DNA of 64,000 nucleotides from Epithemia pelagica (lineage: Eukaryota > Protista > Bacillariophyta): NCBI GenBank assembly GCA_946965045.2, contig OX337238.1, positions 1,364,001 to 1,428,000 of the forward strand. Reading direction: 5' to 3'. The position numbers and the translations under genes are program-made. Below, in pieces: positions 45,061 to 56,010 of this stretch (its first letter is position 1; every line of letters begins with the position of its first letter). The notes under the pieces were generated by a model, which was not told where the DNA came from, made no database searches, and saw nothing but the letters and a program-made list of their open reading frames with translations.

Positions 45061-48000
45061 ATGGCAACCCGCCAATCGCAGCGGATGCGGGAGCACTTGA
45101 ACTCCAATAGCGCACCACCCAACAACACTGGACAGGATGACGCAGTCCCTCCAGTCCCTCCGAATCTGCGACGTTCCGTACGTCGACTGGAAGCAGAATC
45201 GTCGTCGGAAGGAAACGACAACGACCCTGTCGCAAACGCAACAACAACAACAGTTCTTCCTCAAGAACCTCAGCAATCAAAGTAAGTCTAATAATGCTCT
45301 TGCTTCACCAGGTCTGTTAATACTTGTCTCTCACCATCGTTTGCTTTTGTTCTGCAGCATTTCGACTGCGGAGCTTGTTGCACGCAACGATTCTTCCAGG
45401 TTTGCGTTGTCAACAACAACGGCTCCTGAGGCAGCACCTGGCCAGGAGGAGGTTCCCATGACCAAGAAGCTGGACACCAAGCTTCTTTCTACGGCTGTAG
45501 TACAGCGCAAGCCGATCTCCTTGTGCGCAGAGACTGGTGCTGTGATGGTGTCCAAGTCCCTTGCAAGAGCACCTCCAACGATGGATGCTCAGTCGGCGCG
45601 CTCTATTGCTGCATGGACATCATACTGCAAGTTGTCCCCTACCATTCATGGGGAGTTCAATCTCTTCGACATCGGCGGCCTACGACAAGGACAAGGCCGC
45701 TTCGTTACAACGCTACTTCGGCCTTCTACAGAGACAAGAAGATTTCCATTTCCTACTGGAACCTATAGACAATCCAGATGAGCCAGATGACAGTGGAGAG
45801 AAACTCCCCATGCTATTTTATGTGCTGGGTGGAGTCAAGACTACTGGAAAGATCACGCTGTTGAACAACACCATGATCTGCTTCGTCCTGAATACACGGA
45901 TGAAGGGATACGATCCGACAACCCACTCAATGTGGGATGTCAAATTCAACTTCCAACCCAACTCGATGATGAAATTTCTCCACCACATCTTCGCCTGCCT
46001 TAAAGCCAACGGAGTGGCCCTAACACAGTCGGACCTCCGCTTTGGCCGTGGATCCTACCACGAACTCCTCGCCAACATGTGGGCGGATGCGGCAAAACAA
46101 CGATCTGAATTTGGGCGGCTACCCTTCAGGGTCATCACTGCCTTACACGACGAGCAAAAGATGAAACACGCAGAACCCAAACTTCGCCTGCAGATTGAAA
46201 AGGGCAACGAAAATAACAACGAATTGCGGATGGCCGTCTTTTATATGTTCTCTCGTGACACGTCGGACCGAAATGGTGAAGTAAGTTGTTGTGTTGTTGA
46301 TTGTTTGTTGTTGATTGTTTGTCCACTCACTCTTTGATTGTTGCTTTCTTGTGATTGCAGGCTAGACTTGCTAAAGTTAGTGACTTTGTGTTCGTCAAAA
46401 AATTAGACAAGTCGTATGGAATGTTGTCCGGACTCGTTGCAATGATTCCGAAGGAATCCATCGAAGAGAAGACGTCCAAGCTGACGACGAGTAAGACAGC
46501 GATCGACCGAACCGTGGATCACACCGCGAACATGATCATCGACAACCCTTCCGACGAGAACTGCACGTACAAAGTGCTGATGCGGTACATGAAGATTACC
46601 CAGCCGCCAGGGTGGCAAGGATTGATCTTCCTCGAGCGAATCCCAGCGAAGCACATGGCCGCTCGGAAAGATGGTGCAACGCACCTCGGGTGGACCGAAT
46701 TGGTCCCCGAAACCTCGAAGACTGACGGAGACGGGTCGGGTTTCAAATGCGCAGGTAGATTGGGTGCGAATTTCCCGAACCGAAACTTGAAAGCTCTGGC
46801 CCGTCGCTGCGGATTTGAAAACGCGGAGAGAGTCACTGGTCGGACGGGCCGTCGCACGGGAATTACCAAAGTTGCAAACAGTGGCATCCCGCAAGCATTG
46901 GCCCGACAATACGGACGCCACGCAACCGACAAGGCGAACGAAAAGTACCAGGACGCCACGGCGCGATCGAAGCAGATTGCTTTGACGGCGAATTGGTACT
47001 CGGGCTCGGAAGACGAGAACAAAGATCCCAAAAAAGGTAAGCCCGTTGTCGTTGATTGTCGCGTCAAGTTTCATGGTTGTTCACTCATTTTCTTTTGCTT
47101 TTGATTCGGCCACAAAAGACAAAAAGAAGAACAAGAAGAAGAAAAAGAAGCGATCAAAGAAGAAGCACTCATCATCATCCTCGTCATCATCATGTGATGC
47201 ATCTGCTTCATCGTCCTTGTTGTCGTCGACAGAATTCAGAGTGCTCTTGAAGCGAGCAAAAATGGAGACGTTTCAGCAACGAAAAATAGACAAGTTGGAA
47301 CACGCCAAAAAGAAGATGGAGACGTCCTCTGGTGCTGACAATGACAACAGCGACAGCTCACTCAGCCACCACAAATCCAAGAAGCGTAGCTCAAACCACA
47401 AAAAGAAAGGTATGTTGATTGTTGCAATGGATGCTTGATTGTTGTGTCGTCCTTTTGCTCATTTCATTGGTTTTGGTTAAACAGACAAGAAGAAGAAGAA
47501 GAAGAAGAAGAAGAAGAAGAAGAAGAAGAAGAAGAAGAAGAAGAAGAAGAAGAAGAAGAAGAAGAAGAAGAAGAAGAAGAAGAAGAAGAAGAAGAAGAAG
47601 AAGAAGAAGAAGAAGAAGAAGAAGCGTCGCAAAACCTCTTCTACAGCCGCGTTGTCGTTGTCATCGTCTTCGTCATCTTCTGGTGACAATCTCTTTCGTG
47701 AATTGGGTAGATTGGAGAAAAAGAAGAACAAGAAGAACCCACAACAACCACCTCCTGTTGTTTCTGTTGTTGGTACGATGAATTTGAATTGTTGCTTTTC
47801 GTCCTGTTAACACTGGTTTCTCACCGACTCTCGTTCCTTTTTGACAAAGGCCAAGTCGAAAAAGAGAACACAACACCATTGTCATCAACCATGGCCAAGA
47901 AAGTTGCTGACGTGATGGACAACAAGTTGAAGAAGAAGTACTCGAGTACTTCTTCGCCTGGAAAAGATTTGGTGCTTGCCACCCGTCACCACCACAATGC

Positions 48001-48541
48001 ACCCACAGAGACGACGGTAGCTTCCTCGCACAGAGTTGCTGTCTCCTTGCAACAACCATTGTCGCCAAGCCCATTGCGTACCAGACGCCCAACTGCTCCT
48101 GGTCGTTACCACGACCATTCAGTGGATTGTCATATTGGTGGTGGTCGTCATTCGGACGACCGTGTCGTGGAGCATCATTTGTCGTCGTACGCCTACCATC
48201 GCCAGGGGCACAACAATGTTTATGCATCCCAGTCGGCGTCGTACTCACCCTCTCCACCACCACCCTCCCATTCTCGGCATCATCATTCCTCCTCCTTGAC
48301 TCATGAGTACCACCGCCGCCATCAATATGACCCGTCACCATCGCCACCGCCACCACCTCCTTCGTATCGTGCTCCAGCATACCCTTATTACCACCACAAT
48401 CATCATTCCCACCATCACCATCACCACCGTAGTGGATACACGCCACCGCCGCCGCCGCCGCCTCCTCGTTCCTCTTCTTCTCTCCATTACCATCACGAAC
48501 ATCGCGGCAACCATCACGGTCATCACCGCTACCACCACTGA
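45061..48541 (+). CDS. Multi-exon tyrosine-recombinase-like (Crypton/DUF3504-like) gene with a low-complexity C-terminal tail; apparent frameshift near 45675
   Basis: Introns at 45282-45357, 46281-46360 and from 47037. The spliced product has DRNGE-ARLAKVSD (catalytic Arg box), TSKT, TGRTGRRTGIT (HxxR-like) and GRHATDKANEKY (H..Y nucleophile). 3' exon structure is uncertain. Confidence 0.65.
47487..47624 (+). repeat. (AAG)n microsatellite, ~45 units
   Basis: Seen directly. Confidence 0.95.
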
Positions 48542-49280
48542 CTTCGTGTCTTGCCAGCCATGCCTCCAAGTACTTCTTCTTCCGACTATAGACGTTGATG
48601 CGTTGAAGGTACGTTGATTGTTGCGCCTGTCCTCTCTCTTTACCTTGTCTCGGCCACACAGTTGTCTCACGCAGTCTCGTTTTTGTATTTTTGCCTTGGA
48701 ACGAAATTTTGGATGTCTTCTTCTGTTTCGGTCGTGTTTATCCGCTCGTTGTTACACGTTACGATCACTGTCTCTGTCCGTTGTCTCCGCCTTTTGTCAT
48801 GTTGCCCCTATGCCTGTTGGTCTGTTGCTGGTTGACTGTCCGTTTCTGTCCGTTTTCGACTGTTTCCGTTTTTGGCGCGTTCCGTTTCTGTGGGTGCTAC
48901 TTTTCTGTGGGTGCTACTTTTCTCTGGGAGCTACTTTTCCGTTTTGGGCTATTCTAAATTCTTACACTAAAATAAAAATCCAATTACAGTAATTTTTAGG
49001 GCTTATCTATTTGGGGGTGAAAGTAGGGAAAGGCACGACGAGGAGTGATAAAGGTAGAAAGTAAATCCTCATCTCACTCCCTTTCTACTTTCCACGATCT
49101 TTCCACGCATTCTTTTCCCCCATTAATCCAATCTCACACATACAACAGATGAGGATAAGCACCTCTGGTAACAGCATGGTATCGTTTCACCGCCTCCTCC
49201 TCTCCTCCTCTCACACACAGCAACCAAACAAGTTTCATACATACCTTTGTTATTCTTGAGATACTGTTCATTGTTTCACC

Positions 49281-52146
49281 ATGCCGGACGATCCGGGAGA
49301 ATCTCCATCAAAAGGGGATGAAGCCCCTTTACCTTCATCATCTAAAAAGCGAACTCCCAAACCGAAGAAAAAGACTCCTAAATCCAACAAGACTCCGTCA
49401 TCCAAGAAGAAACCTCCGCCCTCTACAAATCCGAAGAAGAAATCTCCCTTACAACGCAAACCCTCGGCATTGAAAAAACAACAAGCAAAAGTCGACGCTT
49501 ACTTTGCACAAATCGAAGGAGTTATCGACACTGCCGCTAAGAACGAGAAAGAGATGGTTCCTCTTCTCGACACTGTTCATCCCTATTTCTTGTCCTTTCC
49601 GAATCATTCCAAGTGGTGGGATTTCGCAGTACACATCGATTGGGCATTGCTTGAGAACAACATCATTGGAGTGGAGCATAATTATTACGAGTTTGCTGGC
49701 ATGCGCAAAATTATCAACCAACTCAAAGCCTTTGTCAAGGTTGGGGAAAACCCTGTCCCACTCGATGCCCCTCCAGCCAAACATGCTGAACTTTCAAAAG
49801 AGCGTTTTGGAGAAGTCTGTCGGAAATGTATCATTTGCCCCATCTGTTTCCGAGATGATAAGAAGACACTTTCAGAATCAGTTGTTCTATGTGGTTCCCT
49901 CCGCCCATCCAACATTTCACAGCACTGTGACAAGAAGCATAAAGAGTTTGACATTGATGCCGACCAGGAGAGGAAGGTTTCTACTTATAAGCAATCTACT
50001 ATGTCTCACTGCCGGAAGGACCACACAACAAAATCAGCAACTCAATCCAAATTCCAAATGCTGATATACCGGTTCGTGAACGACTGTTGCCTTCCAGCAA
50101 TCACAGTCGAGAAACCTCAGTTTTGCAAAATGATCCAGTTTGCCATGGAAAATGCCGGCTTGCTAAAGGGCAGCCGTGTTGAGATCATGAGTCGGCGGCA
50201 GATCACGAAGATTCGGATCTCGTCGTATCAGAACTTTTTCCTTGTTGTTGCCTCTCTCGTCCGCAAGGCCAGAGCTGAATACAACCGTCTCTGTTCCCAA
50301 GACGTTCCATTTGTCACTTGCTGCCACGATATTTGGCAAGCCCGTGACCATGATGTGCTCGGTGTCACCATCATGTTTACAGATCCGCGTAATTGCACAA
50401 TCTACCGGATCCCCATCGGCCTTGCCGAATGCCATGGTCACGCGGCAACAGATGTTGCAAATTTGACGGACCATCTCCTCTTGAGTGTTGGTCTCACCTC
50501 CAAAGATCTCTGCGCGGCCGTGAATGACAATACCTCCGCGGCTGTTTTGGCGGGGAAGTACATTATCGGCAACCCCGACAAGGCTGGTAAGTGCAATATG
50601 CACAAGGCCGAATTGATCCTGAAACACGCAACGGGTCTTGTCGAACGATACAACAACCATATCTTGATGGATAGTAATAAGCTCTTTTGCGATTGCTGGA
50701 TGATTTTCAAGAAATTTGCTTCATGGCTCACTGCCAAGAAAGCCCCTCACCGTTGAAGAAAGTTCAAGGAGGGCATCAAGAAACTTGGCGGACGGGTTGT
50801 TGTCATTCCCCTCCCCAACGACACCCGAGTTGGTGGTTGTGTCTTATCCAAGCAGTCACTTCTACGCAACAAAAAGATGATGGATCTGTACGTAAAGACT
50901 GCAGTCCGAAGCGACTCTCAATTCAAGGAACACTATCCTGAGGAAGACGACTGGAAGGTGAATGCACAATACGACGGCATCCTAACAAATTTGAAGCGGG
51001 TCTCCATGAAACTCCAAACAGACGACCCAGGAGCCAACTCTGCGTCTTTACTTGAGATTTATACGGCCTTCTATCATGCCCAGATAATGCGTATGGAAGA
51101 GCCTGACTGTGGAGTTGGGGTTTTGCCTATCTCTTCCGATGACAGTGATATTTTTTTGGATGCAAGTTGCACAATGGATGACCTAGAAGAGATGCGGCGA
51201 CTAATCCCATACAAGGAGCTAGAACCCGGTGCCCGACTTCTTATCCGACGCATAATTCAAGAATACAGGCACTACCTATTCAACCGCGACCCTGATGCAC
51301 TAAAGGCTGTATGTGCGAATCCTCTGTTGGCCAGTGTCTATGCTGACATGTTTGTGAGTTTTGGAGTTTACGACTTGGATACAGTGAAGGAAGGGCGTCG
51401 TATTTTCGTCCAAGACATGGTTGATCTCCACATAAATGCTCGTGTTTCAACTATCGGAGCTGCAATGGCGAAACAAGGACAACAGGGCGACAAGAAACAA
51501 GGAAACCGCTTCTTCATCGGGCAATTCAGCAACACTGAAATACAAAGCAATCGATGTGTTTGAACGAATTCGACGCTCCAGCGATTTGAAGAACCAAGGT
51601 ATGCTCCATCTAACAGGAAGGGCATCAAATGCAGCAAAAGAAAAAGAAATCGAAGAGGCACTCCGCAAAGCCTGCAATGATTCGTACGATGATTTCCTGC
51701 GACACTGCCGTTCCCAAATTGACAATAACTGGGAGCAGGTTATCAAGCAGTACCCAACACCCAAGTTCCTGGACGAATATGACGACTGGTCTGCCGAAGC
51801 TGAGGAAACATTCTCGCGCCATTGCCACAATCGCAACTACCTTGAAGTAGGCCAACACTTTGATCTGATGGGTTGGTGGAACGTGCACTCCAGCAATTGG
51901 GAATATGTGTTCCCGTCGGCAATCATCTGGTTGGCCAAACCGGCCACCAATGCCTTCCAAGAGAGAATCTTCTCTATCGGGAGTTGGATGCTCCAGAATA
52001 AGTTAATGGGCAACATGAAAAAAAAACGAATGAAATGCGTACTATGGAGTACATTAACAGAAAAGTCTTGGAGGAGATTACAACGAACGAGAAGAACATT
52101 GAAAAGGGCATTGGCACCAGTAAGTCATACGACAAACGGATTGTGA
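49281..52146 (+). pseudogene. hAT transposase with BED finger; one in-frame TGA (50754) and frameshifts near 51500 and 52020
   Basis: BED-like CPIC..SNISQHCDKKH, DDE core CCHDIWQ / VNDNTS / CNMHKAELIL / NDTRV, and C-terminal dimerisation-domain motif WWNVH..LAKPATNAFQERIFS. Confidence 0.88.
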
Positions 52147-52286
52147 TCCCCGAGGATGCGGCAATGGATGCGGCAGTCGAATTGAGTCTTTAAGACCAAC
52201 GGAAAAAGTTTCAAACCTCGGCCGTCCGGGATGCGACTACGGGCTTCCGCCAGTATTCCCACTCACACAAAGTCAACAGCAATGTC

Positions 52287-53300
52287 TTGGAAGACCCGGT
52301 AGTTGGGGGCACGTACTATCCCGTGGTTGGGTACAAAAAGCCAGCGGAAGAAGACAACGGACAGAATGAATCAACAACCATTCCGGTCCCACCACCAGAG
52401 GAGGTACCCAAAGTTGCTGGGGTTGTACCTCCGTTGCCTGACGATGAAGATGACAAGGATGGAACTGAAGCGGTGGCAATGGATAGTGCAATGGACAATG
52501 TGGTCTACAAGTTGTCGACTCATGGAGAAACTACAACTCCAATTGACTTCAACCGGGCTGTATATGTGGAGATTGATGCCAAATACGAAGACGATTCGGT
52601 AGCCTCCTCATTGCCTATACCAAAGGATCCAGACGAAGATAGTGATGGGATCATTGACCATGTACTGGACAAGGAATTGTGGGACGAGACGGACGACGAT
52701 CCTCGTCTAGAAGAACTCGTTACCATGCCGGATGACAATGAGGGAGAAGACAAAACCGGAGATGACAAAACCAGAGATGACGGCGATGATACTGACGTGC
52801 AGGTCATCAAAGTTACGAAACCCGACAATACCGACAATACAAAGACCGATAATACGCCAAAAGGGAAAAAAGCAAAGAAGGATGCACCGGTCCAGTCCAC
52901 ATTGGGATGGAAACGTAAACCTAGTCCATCCAGTGCTCCCACATCTCCGGCAAAGAAGAGAAACAAAACCGTACCCATTGGACAATCTCCTCGCATTCGC
53001 AAAAACAACAAGAAACTGTTAAAGGACAGGGCAACCAAGCGGTCTCAGGTGAACACAGAGGAGAATGACGAGATGTCAGTGGACAGAGACTTGGAAAAAG
53101 ACGAGAGTGCTCCGAATACAGGAGAAGAGGATGACGATGGCAATGATGAAAACCAAGACCAAGGAGATGACGACGTGTGTGACGATGAAGAAGAAGAATC
53201 GACCCGTTCGGATGGTGATGACGATGACAACGATGATGAAAACGACGATGACAAACGCGATGAAGAAGAAGAAGAAGACGAAGACGATGCCGAAGAATAA
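52287..53300 (+). CDS. Acidic low-complexity ORF, possibly the frameshifted C-terminal tail of the transposase
   Basis: 337-aa Asp/Glu-rich ORF with basic NLS-like patches (KRKPS, PAKKR), directly downstream of the transposase on the same strand. Confidence 0.45.
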   Translation: MEDPVVGGTYYPVVGYKKPAEEDNGQNESTTIPVPPPEEVPKVAGVVPPLPDDEDDKDGTEAVAMDSAMDNVVYKLSTHGETTTPIDFNRAVYVEIDAKYEDDSVASSLPIPKDPDEDSDGIIDHVLDKELWDETDDDPRLEELVTMPDDNEGEDKTGDDKTRDDGDDTDVQVIKVTKPDNTDNTKTDNTPKGKKAKKDAPVQSTLGWKRKPSPSSAPTSPAKKRNKTVPIGQSPRIRKNNKKLLKDRATKRSQVNTEENDEMSVDRDLEKDESAPNTGEEDDDGNDENQDQGDDDVCDDEEEESTRSDGDDDDNDDENDDDKRDEEEEEDEDDAEE

Positions 53301-53402
53301 AAGAACGAACCAAAAAGAGAAGATGAGTGTGAAACATGAGATTTACAGAAGAAGATTTTACTATTGGAATTTATGAATTTACCACAAAGAGCGATTAAGA
53401 GT

Positions 53403-55214
53403 TTAGGAGAATACTTGATATTTGTAGATCATGGACTCGATTGTTTTGCGCATAGAGAAATCAACTCTGTCCGTCTGGCGCAACTGCGATAGGAATGCTG
53501 TTCGTGATTCATAAGATACGGAATGTTGTCCGAACGCACCAAAGAGGGGATTGATGACATGCCAAGTTTCAGGGGGCAGCCAAGATTCGAGAACTTTGGA
53601 ACATGGCAAAGCAGTGACACCTTTCGGGACCCATCCAAGATGCTCACTCCACCTGATGACATGAATGTCGGACGGTATACCATCCACTCTTTGAAACGCC
53701 GTTTTGATCACTATGCAGGCGGTTTTGTATCCAATGCCATACAACGTAGTCAACTCGTAGATTGTTATGTCGTTTGGAATTTTCCCATGATGCCGTTGAC
53801 AGAAGTAGTCTGCCGCATTAACGATTCTCTCAGTGTTTTGATAGTATCGACCGGACTCTGAGAAGATGGAACAAAGGGCATCCATTCCATATTGTTGCGT
53901 GATTTCTATGACGGCCATTGCTGAAGTGAGGCCAAAAGCAAACAGCCGTGGCATGATTGAGCTCAGTTGAAGATCCGACGTACTGCTGCTCATGCAAATT
54001 GTCATTAAAATCATGAAAGGTCGATCAGCACTAGGGTCATGTTGACAGTCAAGCCAACTTGTCCATTTGTCCCGAGGTGCGAAGAATCCTTTTTCTTGGA
54101 GTTCCTCGTGGAAAGCAATCATCTGGGAAAGCATGGAAAGTCTTTTCTCCACAATGCTCTCCTCAAGCATCCGGATATTAAGTCCACATTTCGGTGGAGT
54201 CATCAATAATGGAGGTTTCCCAGGTTGGTGTCTCCGGTCAGGATATGATATTTCCAGTTTGGAGCGAGATGCGGATTGAAGCAATTTGGCTACTGTTGAA
54301 GTCCAGTGTCTTGTTGAGTATGAGTGTGTACCCGTGGGAGATTTCTTTGGTGAACCTTTCGACTGGTTCTTTTTGGGTGTAGACTGGTTTTGGATCTCAT
54401 GGGGTAAAGAAATCTCCATCTTTCCACTGTCTTCCGGCAAGGAATCGGTCGATGACAATTGGTCGTTGGTAGGAGTGGGTAATGTAGGACTGTTTGAGAC
54501 GTTTGGTTTGTATTGACTAGCAAAGAGTTGCTGCAATAATGACAAGTAGGGCCGCAGGTGCACTGGAAAGAGCGTCTGTTGTGTTGCCATTTCTTCCGTA
54601 TGAGAATCCGCAACGTAGTAATCAACGATGAAATCTTGTGCGCATGGTTTGCAATAGATGGCACAACCAGTGCGGATAAACCATGATGAGATGATGGTTT
54701 CGGTAGGAATGGGTGGGCCTTGTATGCACATTTGCTTGGTGAATTCCATGCATTGCTCGAATTTGGAATTCTCCATTACAGTGAAGAAAGGGTCGCAACT
54801 TATGGAAAGTATCAGCCGGTTGGAGTCGTTTGATTCGTTAGGGATGAAAAAGTGTTGGAATGAGTCGATTGGATGCTGTTTGGGAAACCCATCTTTTAAT
54901 GTCCGCACGATGATGCACACAATCAGTTGTACTTGTTCCCAGAAATGGAATGGTTGGAGTAGGCAGGGATGAGACTGTGATTGCGATGTGTTCCATTCTT
55001 TGTAGAAGATGAAGCCATCGTGCCGGATGAGCCACGATATGGTTTGTTGATGAACAGCATAACGGAGTGCGTTGGGTGTCATGGAAGGTTGCTCTGTGCC
55101 GTTGATGAAATCGTCCATAAGAGTAAAGAAAGGTTTACTCGAGTGGAGAACGTACATGGGCCGGCATTTAGATTTGAATTGAATTGTGTTGTGTTCGATA
55201 AATTCATTCATCAT
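53403..55214 (-). CDS. Endonuclease III/NTH1-like HhH-GPD DNA glycosylase/AP lyase with a long N-terminal extension and no Fe-S motif
   Basis: Intact ORF (probable ATG 55214). PFMILMTICMSSSTSD, HHGKIPND, HhH motif LTTLYGIGYKTACIV, GIPSDIHVIRW and WLPPETWHVINPLFGAFGQ parallel Nth/NTHL1 motifs. Confidence 0.85.
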   Translation of the reverse strand: MMNEFIEHNTIQFKSKCRPMYVLHSSKPFFTLMDDFINGTEQPSMTPNALRYAVHQQTISWLIRHDGFIFYKEWNTSQSQSHPCLLQPFHFWEQVQLIVCIIVRTLKDGFPKQHPIDSFQHFFIPNESNDSNRLILSISCDPFFTVMENSKFEQCMEFTKQMCIQGPPIPTETIISSWFIRTGCAIYCKPCAQDFIVDYYVADSHTEEMATQQTLFPVHLRPYLSLLQQLFASQYKPNVSNSPTLPTPTNDQLSSTDSLPEDSGKMEISLPHEIQNQSTPKKNQSKGSPKKSPTGTHSYSTRHWTSTVAKLLQSASRSKLEISYPDRRHQPGKPPLLMTPPKCGLNIRMLEESIVEKRLSMLSQMIAFHEELQEKGFFAPRDKWTSWLDCQHDPSADRPFMILMTICMSSSTSDLQLSSIMPRLFAFGLTSAMAVIEITQQYGMDALCSIFSESGRYYQNTERIVNAADYFCQRHHGKIPNDITIYELTTLYGIGYKTACIVIKTAFQRVDGIPSDIHVIRWSEHLGWVPKGVTALPCSKVLESWLPPETWHVINPLFGAFGQHSVSYESRTAFLSQLRQTDRVDFSMRKTIESMIYKYQVFS

Positions 55215-56010
55215 GTATTGATGATTGTGGGGAGAGAGTATATCAGAGAGGCAGAAGCGGCAGAGGTGAATGTGCTGTGCTCTGGGAGTGAAGCAGATAC
55301 AGCATGTCAGTCGGACATAGAAGTATGGGGTGTACTGAAGTAACAAAGTAAGACTACTTCGGTGCTAGGAAAGTAAGTGTGGGCTGTGGTTTTTGTTCTA
55401 TCCATAGTACGAAAGTAAAGTAAGGGAAGAATTGGAATGGTAGCTTAAGTAGAGGAGTAAAGTAACTGGTGAGAAGTAGTGATTTGTGGGTGGGGGAAGT
55501 ACTACGTGCTTGTTTGTGGGAAACTTACTAAGTCACGAAGTAAAGTATTACATATTATACATATTAGTATAGACTTTGAAAGTAAAGTATAGAGTTAGTT
55601 TAAGTCTGACTAGAAATATCGAAGTAAAGTACTGAATAATATACAGAGTGGATATAAGTATGTAAGAATAGTACGTACTTAAAGAGAATTTACTTATTAG
55701 TATATAAGGAGTCTAGAACGTGGATTAAAGTTACTTCACAACTCTGAACCCAGTACACATAAAAAATGAGAATCCGGAAGGTCGGAACGGAACCAACCTG
55801 GATGGGACTTCTAAGTAAAACTGGCAACGCGGGACTCATTCGGCATTCCTACGCCGTAATAGTCTTCCAAGACCAAAAGATCCGGTATGAAATTTTATCA
55901 AATAATTTCTTTACGATGGCCGGCGCTTGGGGGACTTCGGAGTCTACACTACAATCCAAACCACAAACTATGATTCCCATTTTCCTCCGCTCTCCTCATT
56001 ACAGTATCAG

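Larger units (their letters stand above)
43154..55746 (+). mobile_element. Giant (12,593-bp) cargo-carrying hAT DNA transposon
   Basis: Perfect 16-bp TIRs CAGAGTTGTGAAGTAA (43154-43169, 55731-55746). 8-bp TSD AACCCAGT (43146-43153, 55747-55754); single-copy empty site at 9539-9546. Internal hAT transposase. Confidence 0.95.
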
